This document shows positions 9,134 through 19,689 of a DNA stretch of 64,000 nucleotides, one piece after another (within the stretch, counting starts at the first letter, position 1; each line of letters starts with the position of its first letter). The position numbers were made by a program, and so were the translations under genes. The stretch lies in the IMG/VR virus record IMGVR_UViG_3300042891_001963, positions 3,964 through 67,963 of that record; one strand, given 5' to 3'. Under the pieces are notes generated by a model, which searched no databases, was not told the origin of the DNA, and saw only the letters and a list, made by a program, of their open reading frames with translations. The DNA is from a virus (lineage: Duplodnaviria > Caudoviricetes).

Positions 9134-12100
9134 TTAATAAATTGGAGTAATTGGTTGAAACGGTCCTATCAAATCAATATATGATGTAGGTTCTCTTAAA
9201 TCTTTAAGACCTCTAATTTCATAGTTCTTTTTATCTCTATAAATTAAACCATAACCATTATCCGTTGTTACTTCAATAACAATAAATGGATCTATATTAG
9301 AATCAATTGTAAAGTTGAAAGGTAATATAGGATTAGGTGGAGGTAACATAGATGTTGGTGATTGAGTAATCGGTCTAGGAATCGGTCTAAACTCTTTAAT
9401 TGTTTGAACTGGTTCATAGTTAATCTCTTTCCACTCAGTTATTTTTAACCAGTTTTGTGTATCTATTATTGGTGCGACAGAAGCTGTTGATCCTAAACCA
9501 CTATATACAAAAACATCTCTATTATATTCTACTGTGCTTGTAACTGAATATGAAGCTCCAAATGCCCAAGATTTTATATTTTCATACTTTCTTGGATTGT
9601 GAATCTTGTTACTATCAATTTGTGACTCATATATCTTACCAAAATAACTTATTTTATCACCTTTATTATATGTTGTAAATGGATACCACTCTTTATATGT
9701 TTTGTAAGTTCTTACTGTTATATCTAGATAATCTGGTAACTCTAAACTAACTCCATTAAAAGGTTTAGGAGGTGTTACTAATCCTGTTGGATTTTTATCA
9801 GCGCCTATTTTATCTAATATTGTATAAAAATCAACTACACAATTATAAACAGTTGATCCACTATTAATAGGCATCAAATAAGCCTCATTTAATTTAAATG
9901 ACACTGGTGTCATATTCTGTCTAATATTAAATATTTGAACATCATATGATGTGTGTTGTATTTGAGTTTGGTCATTAAAATAAGCCTTACCTGTTATGTC
10001 TAATATCTTATGAGTTAAAGGTATAATATTTCTCTTTAACCAGTATTTAAGACCTTGTAGTTTAATAATTATCTCATCTATTGAATAGTTTATTATTATA
10101 TTACCATCTTTATCTGTGATGTTATATGTTAAATTGAACATATTAGTATCTTCATAATCATTGTTAGGGAAGTTGTTTTTAACAAACTCACTTTCTGTCC
10201 AACCTTCTACCGTATTATCAAATATATCTGGAATTTCCATCTTAAATAATTTTAAGAATTTCTCAGATTGAGGGTTAATATTTCTATAATATTCATTTAA
10301 TTGTAAATCATTATAACCAAAGAAGTTAATAGCATTGATAATTGATTTATAAGCACCGATATATGGATATATCAAGTGTTTCATCATCAACATCTCTTTT
10401 CTCTTTTTATTAAGATAAGTCCAATCAATACCACCTTCTAATATGTCATAGTCTTTGAAGATGAAAACCTCATTAGGTGCTACTAATTTACCAACATTTC
10501 CTAATTCTGTTTTAAATCGTATATCTTCAATTTCTGTTTGTCCGTAAGTTGTGAATCTACCAATTTCTCTATCAACTACTTTAATATCAACTCTACAATA
10601 AGTTGTATTTCCTGTAGTTGGATAATTTGATATAACCGTACTTTCTTGAAATAAATAATCATCTGTCCCTATAAAGTCAACAATAATACTTTTATAGAAT
10701 ATGTTTCTAATTTTAACAAGTGTACCATTATTATCGGAGATGTATTGTTTTTTCTTATTTGTTACATCCTTTACATATATTGCAATAATTTGACCTTCTT
10801 TTAATCCATTTCCTGTAAATTCATAAGGTGAGTTGGTATTTAGATTTATATAACCTCTTTTATCTGGACCATATGGATCAATTGTCTCAAATGATATTTG
10901 AGAATTATTTGTTGATGTTGAGTTAAACGTTAGAAGTATGTCTTCTTTTTTATAAAGTTGTAAAATAGATCTTATTGCGCCTTCTTCATCTGATCTAAAT
11001 CCTACAAATAGCTCTAAAGGTTCTGGTGCGGTTGATATATCAGTGTCGTCATCAATATAACTTAGAGTATCAGAAACAGTATCAAATATTGTTTGTTGAT
11101 ATTCCGGAGCATTTAACTTAGTCAAGTCTTTATTAGGTTTACTATTTAATACCGCTGTTGTTAAAGGTTTAGGCCCAGTATATGAATAACTAGTACCTGT
11201 TGGTAATTGAGTTCCTGAAAAATCATACATGAAAAACTCAGGAGCTATATCAGAATACCATTTGTAATAGTAAATAACTGGTACATCATCTTTGAAGTTC
11301 TCTCTTGGTTTTCTTAAATACTCTTTAGTTTTTAACCATAGGTCTGGATGTGGTACATAATTTGGATCTAAAGTTCCATATAAGTTATCTTCTGATATTT
11401 CACTACTTATAACTTCTGGTGTTATCACACTATTTAATGTAACCTCTAATTCCAATATTGAGTTGGTGGATGGTTGTATAGTCCACATTGATTTTCTATC
11501 TGGGTTGTATATTATTCTATCAGAACCAGCGGATAAGGCTTCGGTGTGAACAACATTCCCACCTACTGGATTAATAACTTGTATTACATTTGATGTCTTT
11601 GATGATAAATAAACAGCGCCATCAAATTGACTTAGTGCTAAGTAACCATAGTTACCAATAGATGAGTCTACAGCTACTGCATTGGTTGTTAAATCTAAAG
11701 CTTTGAAAGAAGTTGATGAATCGGATGTATTAACATTTCCTGATAAATTATTGTAGATGATGTCTTCAAATCCTATTGTTGATACACCTGGTATAGACAT
11801 TGTTAAACCATTATCTATTTTCCACAAAGATGTAGAACCATATACATAAACTGACTCATTTACTGGTTCATAGAAAATTGTACCAGTTGCACCCGGAACA
11901 CCAAATGTTGTTTGTATAGTTCTTGTTGAACCAAGAATTCTTAAAACAGACCCTACATTTGAGTTGGTTACAACATACATTCTACTTTCAAACTCATTAA
12001 ATACCATTGTTCCGGTTGATGTAGCATCAACTGGAAAAAGAGGCGATAATATTGTTAGTGTAGTCGTTAAAATATTATTTGAGTTGTATATTTCAACTCT

Positions 12101-14953
12101 TGCTATATTACTAAATGAGATATAAATATCACCATTAGCTGTATTTATCTGCATATCTACAGCATCATTACTTAAAGGCCACCCAGTAACAATAGTATTT
12201 AATAAAGGATCTATTACATATACTTTATTTTTTAATAAACAGTATAAATAATTATTTATACCATTAAATCTCATAGCTATGCTCTGAGTATTTCCTGGTA
12301 AGGGTATAGTGGCTATTTCATTTCCTAAATAAGAATCTAAAACAGTTAAACCATCATCACCAAATGCGTATATTGAGTTTGATAATTGAACATAAAGTAT
12401 GTCTACTAAATTATTAGAAGTTGATGATGATAATGTGTAAGTATTTACATTATAACTATTTAAATTATATGTTAAACTAAATGCCGAGCTAAATTGTTCA
12501 ACATTGAATGGCCCTCCGGACGCACTACCACCTGTTGGTCCAACTATTGGTCCACAGCCAGTTTGTCCAAATCCAACTTCAAATGCTAGAGTGATAAATG
12601 GCGAAGAGTTACAAATTGCGTTATTAGTTGCCCAGAATGGACCTTGATAACTTAGATTCATTAAACCTCCATCAAGATAAGTTATATTATATTCTTGGTT
12701 GTTCCAAGTATGAAATGTATTATTTACGGAAAATGCCATTCCGGTTGCAAAACCAGCATCTATGAATGAATAATTATCAACAGCGGTTGAAGATAAATTA
12801 ACTTCATTTGATGCTATTAAAACACCTAAATTTCCTTTAATCTTTTTAGTTATAATATAATCATTGATACCGGGTAAAGTACTTTTACCAGTACTTATTG
12901 AATAGTCTAATCTTCTATCAACTCTTTTAACATTAAACTTTAATAAGTTATTAATATTTGATACTAAGATACCAAAAGTGTTTAAGTAATCACCGTGTTC
13001 ATCTACCCAAGCTTGTAATGTTGCTGGTATATCAGGATATTGTGATGATGGTAAATAAATTGTATCTTGGTCATATGTGTCACTATTTATAGTAAATGAT
13101 AAATAGCTACCCATATCATTAAATAGAACTCTTGAATGTTCAATATAGTAATCCGCAGTTGTTCCAACTAGAACTTCATTTAAGTTAAATTCAACGTTTG
13201 GATAATCAGTTCTTAATTTTATAGAATTATAAAAAGGTGAAGAGAAAGATCCAACATATTGTAATTCGGCTATAATACCCAATTTCTGAAGACTAACATA
13301 GTTTCTAGTTAACCAAGATCTTAAAGTTCTATCAATTGTTCTTTGCATATCTGGTGAAGCACCACTGTATATCCAAGCAATTTCTTCTTCAAATACCTGT
13401 TTATTTAATTTAATTTTAAATCCATATTCATCTAAGTCGGTAAATACTATATTTACTGAGAAGTTTTCAGAAAAATTATAATTTAACTCTTTTGTTACTG
13501 GCTCTACTACCTGAATAAGCCTTTCGTATGTTTCTTTAGTTTTAGTAACTGAGTATGTAGGACCAATAGATGTTTGATAAAAATTAACTTCAATATATTT
13601 AGATGGATACATTAAGTCAGCTTTTAACTTGCTATCCTCATAGTATAATTCTACGTTAAATACTTTTAAATCGTTAGCATATTTTTGAGCAGCAGAAGCT
13701 AATGTTACCTCATTACTTTGAGTCCAGCCATATTGAAAATATATTTTATCTGTGGTTAAATATACTTGACAACTTGATAAAGACTCGGTTGTTATTTTTT
13801 GATCAACAGGAATATAAGAAATAATATTTGTCCAGTAATTTGTACTTGTATTAGGTTTTACAAATTGAGTTGGTCCATTTGCAAAACTTTGTGTATAAGC
13901 TTGAATACACTCATATATTACATTATCATATATTACTTGAGATTGAGTTGCATAAAAAGTTTGTTGAGTATTGCCTGTAAATGATGGAATATTAGCAACA
14001 GTAAAAAAGTTTTGGTTATCATTAGAGCCAATTATCTTAAACTCTTTACCAGGTTTTAAAATAGCCGGTACTATACTACCAAATGATATTCTATTTAATT
14101 CTGGTGATGAGAACGAAGCCGCAGTGTGTTGTAATGTTAATGAGCCATCATATATTTTTGGCAAATCAGTTTTTGTTGCGATTTCAATTATTAAATCTTG
14201 ACTTGATATATCTGATGTTGAGGTATAATATTCAAAAAACTTGGTATCTGTTATTTCATCTTCTTTAACTGTAAAGATGCTATTATTGTTATTACTATTA
14301 ACAATGTTTAATTTCTTTTTCTTGTATAACTTGTCATAGAAATTAGGCTCATTCCAAGTTGATAAATTATTTTGATACAGTCCATTTATATAGTTATAAA
14401 CACCAATAGCATTTACACCTGATATAGATTTGCCTACATAAGTAGTATCATATATGTACTGATTATAAAAATTAGTTTCAAATGTAGAATTATCAACAGA
14501 TGATATAATCATAATAGCACCTTTTTTGGTACCTACAACAGTGTATGTTTGTAAAGGATTAGTAAACTCTAAGAGAGGTGAATCAAATCTTATAATTGTT
14601 CCTATTGGAAAAGACTTATCTAAAAGAGTACCGTATATCCATTTTGAGTAAAATCCAGGATCATTATTAATAGGCTCAATACTTGTTATGGATTGTGTTG
14701 TGTAATTTCCCGCATAAAAATCAAATCCAAATTCGTTGAATAATTGAAACTTATTCAACGTCATTTCACCCGGTGATTCAAACTCAAAAGAAGGTATTTT
14801 CTCTAGTGTGTATAGACCAGCAGTCTTAAATGTATCATTTGAGTTTTCATGGAAAAGAATAGTTCCTTCAAATCTATCATTTGTATTGCTATAGTTAAAA
14901 TTTAAATTATCTCCTTCTTTATTGAAAAATAATAAGTTCTTGTGATTTGACAT
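9134..14953 (-). CDS. Large baseplate/tail structural protein with central beta-propeller
   Basis: 1939 aa; YVTN-like repeats (VYVIDP, IYNPDRKSMW); GAYKSIINAINFFGY wedge-like motif. Confidence 0.55.
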   Translation of the reverse strand: MSNHKNLLFFNKEGDNLNFNYSNTNDRFEGTILFHENSNDTFKTAGLYTLEKIPSFEFESPGEMTLNKFQLFNEFGFDFYAGNYTTQSITSIEPINNDPGFYSKWIYGTLLDKSFPIGTIIRFDSPLLEFTNPLQTYTVVGTKKGAIMIISSVDNSTFETNFYNQYIYDTTYVGKSISGVNAIGVYNYINGLYQNNLSTWNEPNFYDKLYKKKKLNIVNSNNNNSIFTVKEDEITDTKFFEYYTSTSDISSQDLIIEIATKTDLPKIYDGSLTLQHTAASFSSPELNRISFGSIVPAILKPGKEFKIIGSNDNQNFFTVANIPSFTGNTQQTFYATQSQVIYDNVIYECIQAYTQSFANGPTQFVKPNTSTNYWTNIISYIPVDQKITTESLSSCQVYLTTDKIYFQYGWTQSNEVTLASAAQKYANDLKVFNVELYYEDSKLKADLMYPSKYIEVNFYQTSIGPTYSVTKTKETYERLIQVVEPVTKELNYNFSENFSVNIVFTDLDEYGFKIKLNKQVFEEEIAWIYSGASPDMQRTIDRTLRSWLTRNYVSLQKLGIIAELQYVGSFSSPFYNSIKLRTDYPNVEFNLNEVLVGTTADYYIEHSRVLFNDMGSYLSFTINSDTYDQDTIYLPSSQYPDIPATLQAWVDEHGDYLNTFGILVSNINNLLKFNVKRVDRRLDYSISTGKSTLPGINDYIITKKIKGNLGVLIASNEVNLSSTAVDNYSFIDAGFATGMAFSVNNTFHTWNNQEYNITYLDGGLMNLSYQGPFWATNNAICNSSPFITLAFEVGFGQTGCGPIVGPTGGSASGGPFNVEQFSSAFSLTYNLNSYNVNTYTLSSSTSNNLVDILYVQLSNSIYAFGDDGLTVLDSYLGNEIATIPLPGNTQSIAMRFNGINNYLYCLLKNKVYVIDPLLNTIVTGWPLSNDAVDMQINTANGDIYISFSNIARVEIYNSNNILTTTLTILSPLFPVDATSTGTMVFNEFESRMYVVTNSNVGSVLRILGSTRTIQTTFGVPGATGTIFYEPVNESVYVYGSTSLWKIDNGLTMSIPGVSTIGFEDIIYNNLSGNVNTSDSSTSFKALDLTTNAVAVDSSIGNYGYLALSQFDGAVYLSSKTSNVIQVINPVGGNVVHTEALSAGSDRIIYNPDRKSMWTIQPSTNSILELEVTLNSVITPEVISSEISEDNLYGTLDPNYVPHPDLWLKTKEYLRKPRENFKDDVPVIYYYKWYSDIAPEFFMYDFSGTQLPTGTSYSYTGPKPLTTAVLNSKPNKDLTKLNAPEYQQTIFDTVSDTLSYIDDDTDISTAPEPLELFVGFRSDEEGAIRSILQLYKKEDILLTFNSTSTNNSQISFETIDPYGPDKRGYINLNTNSPYEFTGNGLKEGQIIAIYVKDVTNKKKQYISDNNGTLVKIRNIFYKSIIVDFIGTDDYLFQESTVISNYPTTGNTTYCRVDIKVVDREIGRFTTYGQTEIEDIRFKTELGNVGKLVAPNEVFIFKDYDILEGGIDWTYLNKKRKEMLMMKHLIYPYIGAYKSIINAINFFGYNDLQLNEYYRNINPQSEKFLKLFKMEIPDIFDNTVEGWTESEFVKNNFPNNDYEDTNMFNLTYNITDKDGNIIINYSIDEIIIKLQGLKYWLKRNIIPLTHKILDITGKAYFNDQTQIQHTSYDVQIFNIRQNMTPVSFKLNEAYLMPINSGSTVYNCVVDFYTILDKIGADKNPTGLVTPPKPFNGVSLELPDYLDITVRTYKTYKEWYPFTTYNKGDKISYFGKIYESQIDSNKIHNPRKYENIKSWAFGASYSVTSTVEYNRDVFVYSGLGSTASVAPIIDTQNWLKITEWKEINYEPVQTIKEFRPIPRPITQSPTSMLPPPNPILPFNFTIDSNIDPFIVIEVTTDNGYGLIYRDKKNYEIRGLKDLREPTSYIDLIGPFQPITPIY

Positions 14954-15041
14954 CTATTATATAAACTTTTACATATATATTAATTTATCTTTTCTTAGTA
15001 AGTGATTTTAATATATACAGTATCAAAATAACTAATAAATT

Positions 15042-15446
15042 ATGAAACACATTAAAAAATTCAATGAAACAAAAAAGGATGAAAAGGTTGAAGACCAAGA
15101 AGTTCTTTTTAATGCTGAAGTTTTAGTAGATAAAGACGAGAAGCCATCTTTTACGACAGATGTTGAAGACCAAGAAAAACTTCAAAAAGAATTTGACAAA
15201 ATAAGAAAGGTCAAAAATTTTGAAAACTTTACAATTGAAGTTGAAGTTGAGGTTAAACCTGAAGGTGAGGAAGAATCTGAAGAAGAATATAACACTACAC
15301 ATTCTTTTGAACCTGATCAAGAAGAGAAAGGTTGCGAGAGTTGCGGTTGTCAAGACTGTGCTTGTGGTTCTGAAGAAGAATCAAATCCAGAAACTGATGT
15401 TAAAGTTATGAATATGGCTGACTTTATGAACTCAATTGGTCAATAA
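15042..15446 (+). CDS. Acidic protein with CTS-like N-terminus and Cys cluster
   Basis: MKHIKKFNE...CESCGCQDCAC. Confidence 0.7.
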   Translation: MKHIKKFNETKKDEKVEDQEVLFNAEVLVDKDEKPSFTTDVEDQEKLQKEFDKIRKVKNFENFTIEVEVEVKPEGEEESEEEYNTTHSFEPDQEEKGCESCGCQDCACGSEEESNPETDVKVMNMADFMNSIGQ

Positions 15447-15460
15447 AAAAATATAATTTT

Positions 15461-16222
15461 ATGAAAATTATTAAATTCACAGAATCTGTAAATATATCAG
15501 AATCTCTTAAATATCATTTAGAGAATAATAAACCTATTACTGAAAATATATTCAGACCAGGTTCCGAGGCTTTCTATGAAGTAATTAAAGAAGCAAGAGA
15601 ACTATTTGATTTAGGTAGAGTTAATTTATGCGATGTTGATAAGGAATTATACGAATCAACTGATATTGGTAAGTTTGGAATGTTCAATGGTGAACTAGTT
15701 CCTTTGGATTTACCAATGGAATTTGTTGTTGAGACAAATCAACCAGCATTTTCTATACATGATGTAACACCTGATTTCAAATATGATGTTATGGGTAAAA
15801 TGGTTACAAATATTAAACCTTTGTCTTGGGTTAAAAACGCAGAAGCCTCTTGTATTTCTTTTGAAGGAGAATTTGATGGTCAACCTTGTAAGTGTAAATA
15901 TGATGATGGTCAAGATGCTTATGTATTTGAGGCTAAGTATCACAATAAAGAAGTTAAGTTAAACTATCCAATGCGTGGTGGTTCTAAGAAGTATCAAGTT
16001 TATGTTAAGAATCCTAAAACTGGTAAAGTTAAAAAGATAGCATTTGGTGATGTTCATGGTGGATTAACAGCTAAAGTTAGTAATCCTAAAGCAAGAAAGT
16101 CATTTGCTGCTAGACATCAGTGTCATTTGAAGAAAGATAAAACTAAAGCAGGATACTGGGCTTGTAGAATTAATAAATATGGTCATCTTTGGGGTGGTAA
16201 AACTTATCCTGGTTACTGGTAA
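15461..16222 (+). CDS. Protein with CTS-like N-terminus and basic C-terminal domain common in phages
   Basis: MKIIKFTES; KKYQVYVKNPKTGKVKKIAFGD...ARKSFAARHQC...AGYWAC. Confidence 0.7.
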   Translation: MKIIKFTESVNISESLKYHLENNKPITENIFRPGSEAFYEVIKEARELFDLGRVNLCDVDKELYESTDIGKFGMFNGELVPLDLPMEFVVETNQPAFSIHDVTPDFKYDVMGKMVTNIKPLSWVKNAEASCISFEGEFDGQPCKCKYDDGQDAYVFEAKYHNKEVKLNYPMRGGSKKYQVYVKNPKTGKVKKIAFGDVHGGLTAKVSNPKARKSFAARHQCHLKKDKTKAGYWACRINKYGHLWGGKTYPGYW

Positions 16223-16224
16223 TT

Positions 16225-16809
16225 ATGAAATTTCTAAAGACATATAAACTATTTGAATCTATTACAAATGAAAAATTATATCATGGTAATAGAAAGGGTG
16301 ATTTTCCTCCTGAGAAGAAAAGATTCGCAGGTGCTATATTCCTAACAAGTAATTTAGACTTTGCTAAAAACTTTGCCTCACTTGATGAGAAAGATGAATT
16401 TCCTAATGCCTCAGTTTTTGAAGTTAAACTTAAATCTAATATTAAGTTATGCAATCCAATGGATAATGAAACAATGAAAGAGTTAGATTTGATTAAAGTT
16501 ATTCAGAAGATGATAGATAGTAATTACATTGATGAAGTAAATGGTACTAAGTTTATCAAAGTTGGTAATGGCATGAAAGGATATAATCCAGATACTGATG
16601 AAGAATTTGATATAACAGAAAAAGAACAAAGTGTTTATCATTACCTTTGGAGAGTAAAAAATGGAGCTTGGAGAGTTGTTGAGTGTGAGCCAATTATTAA
16701 TCAAATAAAATCTAAAGGATATGATGGATTTTATGTGGTTGAGAGAGGTTCTAAAAATGTAGCAATATTTGATGAGTCTTCAATTGAAAATTTTAATAAA
16801 GTTATATAA
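16225..16809 (+). CDS. ADP-ribosyltransferase-fold protein with CTS-like N-terminus
   Basis: LYHG...GAIFLTSNLDFAKNFA...VFEVKL...GYDG pattern of ART-PolyVal-like domains. Confidence 0.55.
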   Translation: MKFLKTYKLFESITNEKLYHGNRKGDFPPEKKRFAGAIFLTSNLDFAKNFASLDEKDEFPNASVFEVKLKSNIKLCNPMDNETMKELDLIKVIQKMIDSNYIDEVNGTKFIKVGNGMKGYNPDTDEEFDITEKEQSVYHYLWRVKNGAWRVVECEPIINQIKSKGYDGFYVVERGSKNVAIFDESSIENFNKVI

Positions 16810-17072
16810 TGCTACCATTTCAAGAAACTAAATTAAGTGATAATGAATTTATCAGATTATTCAGTCAAGATACCGATTCTGGTGAATATATGTGGCATCG
16901 TGATAGAGAAGATAGAATAATTGAATCTATTGGTGATACAGATTGGAAAATACAAATAGATAATGAGTTACCTAAAGTAATAGATAAAGCATTTATACCA
17001 ATGGGTGTTTATCATCGTGTTATAAAAGGAACAGGAGATTTGAAAATAAAGTTAATAAAAAACCCATCTTAA
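16809..17072 (+). CDS. Small cupin-like protein
   Basis: WHRDREDR...IPMGVYHRVIKG. Confidence 0.55.
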   Translation: MLPFQETKLSDNEFIRLFSQDTDSGEYMWHRDREDRIIESIGDTDWKIQIDNELPKVIDKAFIPMGVYHRVIKGTGDLKIKLIKNPS

Positions 17073-17083
17073 AGATGGGTTTT
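17059..17083. terminator. Bidirectional terminator (CCCATC/GATGGG family)
   Basis: aaaacccatct-taa-agatgggtttt. Confidence 0.8.
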
Positions 17084-17086
17084 GTT

Positions 17087-18211
17087 TTAGTCAGCTTTGA
17101 CTTTATAATTCTCATTGTATATTTTAATGACTTCATCAAACTCATTTACAATTCCTGATTTGAACTTATCATTATCATACTTTTGTTTTAAGATATACTC
17201 CTTGATATAATCTTCATATTCTAATTGAACTGAAATTTCCATTCCATTTTCATCTAATTCAACTTCTAATGACTCATTTACTTCTTCACCATCAATTAAC
17301 TCTTTAGTGATATCATCAATATATTCTACAGAAGCAAAGTTACCTTTTTCTAACATTACTTCTAGCTTTCTACGAAGCTTTCTATTATTGATTAAAAGGT
17401 TATTTGAGATAGCTAAGTCAATATAATCTTTAGTTCCTCTTAATTCATCTAATTTGTCAATATCTTCCTCATTAGCAACTCTAAACTTTCTAAATATTGG
17501 AGAGTATGTGTTGGGGATAAAATCAATTTTATCACTATTTAGGTCAAGAATGGTGATGCCTTTTTGGTCTCCCATATCATTTCTATCCATTTGATATGGA
17601 GAGCCTATAAACGAGAAATTCTCACTTGTTTGACGAATGTGAATGTGTCCGCTGAAAACGTGTTTATACTTTCTAAACTCATTAACATCAATCTTATCAG
17701 CATTTCTATGAGCTACTGAGTTTAAGTGCATTTTACAACCATTTAAGTCAGAGTGGCAGAATAAATAATCACCTTGATTATTAGTGATTTCTTTAATCAT
17801 ATCTAATCTTTTCTCAGCCCAAGGCATAAGAACTAATTTTTGACCATCTACTTCAATAGTTGTTGTATTGGTGTAAACATTTACATTATTAACGTGATTG
17901 AATAATCTAACAGAGTTAATATCATTTGATCCTTTGTTCCATAAGTCATGATTGCCTACAATAATATGTAAAGGAAGTATTTGTGATAGCTCTAGAAGTA
18001 TTTTCTCGGCTTTATATGAAGCGATGATAGGAATAGATGTTCTATTGTCATATAAGTCACCACAGTGAATAAGAATATCACCTGGTTTAGCATTTTCTCT
18101 GATGTAAGGAATAAAAGAGTTGTAGAAGTAATCTTCCATCATATCTAACCACTTATCTAAGTTATTGAGATATACTCCAAAATGCCAATCTGTTGTAATA
18201 AAAACTTTCAT
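17087..18211 (-). CDS. gp47: Mre11/SbcD-like recombination endonuclease subunit (T4 gp47-like)
   Basis: Metallophosphoesterase motifs DWHFG, GDLYD, GNHD, SGHIH, GSPYQ. Confidence 0.85.
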   Translation of the reverse strand: MKVFITTDWHFGVYLNNLDKWLDMMEDYFYNSFIPYIRENAKPGDILIHCGDLYDNRTSIPIIASYKAEKILLELSQILPLHIIVGNHDLWNKGSNDINSVRLFNHVNNVNVYTNTTTIEVDGQKLVLMPWAEKRLDMIKEITNNQGDYLFCHSDLNGCKMHLNSVAHRNADKIDVNEFRKYKHVFSGHIHIRQTSENFSFIGSPYQMDRNDMGDQKGITILDLNSDKIDFIPNTYSPIFRKFRVANEEDIDKLDELRGTKDYIDLAISNNLLINNRKLRRKLEVMLEKGNFASVEYIDDITKELIDGEEVNESLEVELDENGMEISVQLEYEDYIKEYILKQKYDNDKFKSGIVNEFDEVIKIYNENYKVKAD

Positions 18212-18239
18212 TAAAAAATTGTTTTCTTTTTATATGAAA

Positions 18240-18587
18240 TTATTCAGGTATTGTTTCTTTTCTTCTGGCTTCTCTGGCACATTTTTCACAACCACTACCA
18301 GCATATAAATGAGCATTTGGTGTTTGTTCAAATTCTCCGTGAACCGGACATATTATTTTAACCTTACTTCTACAGTTTTCATAAAGAACTAAGTCATAGT
18401 TATATTTATTATTATGTTTAATATTTGACTTTTCAACAAACTCTTTACTCTTTTTACTTCGTCTATTAAGTGATTTTACTTCTTTTTTAATTGCATTTTC
18501 TTTAGACTTACAATTTTTATTGCAAAACTTTCTATCAGGTCTACCCCATATAATCTCCTTATTACAATATCTATAGTTACAATTCAT
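18240..18587 (-). CDS. Zn-ribbon protein resembling homing-endonuclease accessory domain; no nuclease domain
   Basis: CNYRYC...FCNKNC; KVKIICPVHGEFEQTPNAHL...GCEKC. Confidence 0.6.
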   Translation of the reverse strand: MNCNYRYCNKEIIWGRPDRKFCNKNCKSKENAIKKEVKSLNRRSKKSKEFVEKSNIKHNNKYNYDLVLYENCRSKVKIICPVHGEFEQTPNAHLYAGSGCEKCAREARRKETIPE

Positions 18588-18702
18588 ATATTGTATTTAT
18601 TAAAAAGTGGAAATGGCATTTTTTACAACATAATATTTTAAAATTGAGCTAAAGGGAGAAAGAAGAAAAATATATAATTTATAAAAAATAATTAAAAAAA
18701 AT

Positions 18703-19323
18703 ATGCCATTACCACATTTCACTCAGCTATTAAACACAGGCTCACCAGGGGGTCCTGGTACATTACCTGATGAAGTAGTATATACAAATTTGTTTGAGAC
18801 GACATTTGTATTACCTGTAATTTTACAGGCACAAGGTAGAAACCCTATCTTACTTCTTCAAAATGCTTTGAATATAGATTTTAACTTAACAGAATTTGAT
18901 GTTGCGGTTAAAGAACAAAGATTCAAGTATTCAACAAGAGCGTTTTTAACGACTCCTACAAAAACTTCTGGTGCATTTAACATCAAGTTCAATGTTAACG
19001 TGAATCAACAAGGTTCTATGGAGACTTGGAATGCTATGAAGGCTTGGTATGATTTAGTATTTAACTCACAAAATGGTTCACTTCATTATAAATCTGATAT
19101 CATTGGTACTATTATTGTTAACCAACATGATAAAAAAGGTGTTGTATTGAGACGTGTAACTTTCCAAAACTGTCAAATCAGTAAATTACAAGGTTATACA
19201 CTTGATTGGTCATCAAACAATATCATTGAATCAGTTCAAGCTGACTTTATTTATGATTACTTCATTGATGAGTACATTGATAATAACTTTACTATTAATC
19301 CTCCACTTATATCTGGATACTAA
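18703..19323 (+). CDS. gp19: Tail tube protein (gp19-like)
   Basis: WYDLVFN...G...YK..IIGTIIVNQHDKKG..LRRVTF...LDW...ADFIYDY tube pattern; near the sheath gene. Confidence 0.75.
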   Translation: MPLPHFTQLLNTGSPGGPGTLPDEVVYTNLFETTFVLPVILQAQGRNPILLLQNALNIDFNLTEFDVAVKEQRFKYSTRAFLTTPTKTSGAFNIKFNVNVNQQGSMETWNAMKAWYDLVFNSQNGSLHYKSDIIGTIIVNQHDKKGVVLRRVTFQNCQISKLQGYTLDWSSNNIIESVQADFIYDYFIDEYIDNNFTINPPLISGY

Positions 19324-19339
19324 GAATAATATTAAATTA

Positions 19340-19403
19340 AAAACCCATCTTTTAGATGGGTTTTTTTATGCAACAAAAAACCCATCTAAAAGATGGGTTT
19401 TTA
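19340..19403. terminator. Two inverted copies of one terminator hairpin
   Basis: aaaacccatcttttagatgggtttttt followed by its reverse complement. Confidence 0.8.
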
Positions 19404-19434
19404 ATATTTTAAGTTTGCGTCTTTATTTAGTATT

Positions 19435-19689
19435 TTAGAACTTTGGTAAGTTGCTTGTCATACTTGAGGCATTTCTCATCATTGAATTAGCATCAAAGTT
19501 TGGCATACCTTTTTGTTGTTCACCTTCTTGTTTCTTTCTATTTGTTTCTTCTTCTTCAACAATTTCGTTAACCATCTTGATATTTTCTTCAAACATCCAG
19601 AAGGGCCATTCATCCATAGCGGCTTCTTGTGTGTGAAAGTGTTTTTGTAAAAGTAACTTATTTTTTAATATATGCTTCAAAGGCATCAT
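19435..19689 (-). CDS. gp51-like baseplate hub assembly/tail chaperone C-terminal ORF (may be reached by frameshift)
   Basis: LLQKHFH...MDEWPFWMFEENI resembles cyanophage gp51 LMQHHKY...ENMMPWE; overlaps the upstream ORF. Confidence 0.55.
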   Translation of the reverse strand: MMPLKHILKNKLLLQKHFHTQEAAMDEWPFWMFEENIKMVNEIVEEEETNRKKQEGEQQKGMPNFDANSMMRNASSMTSNLPKF

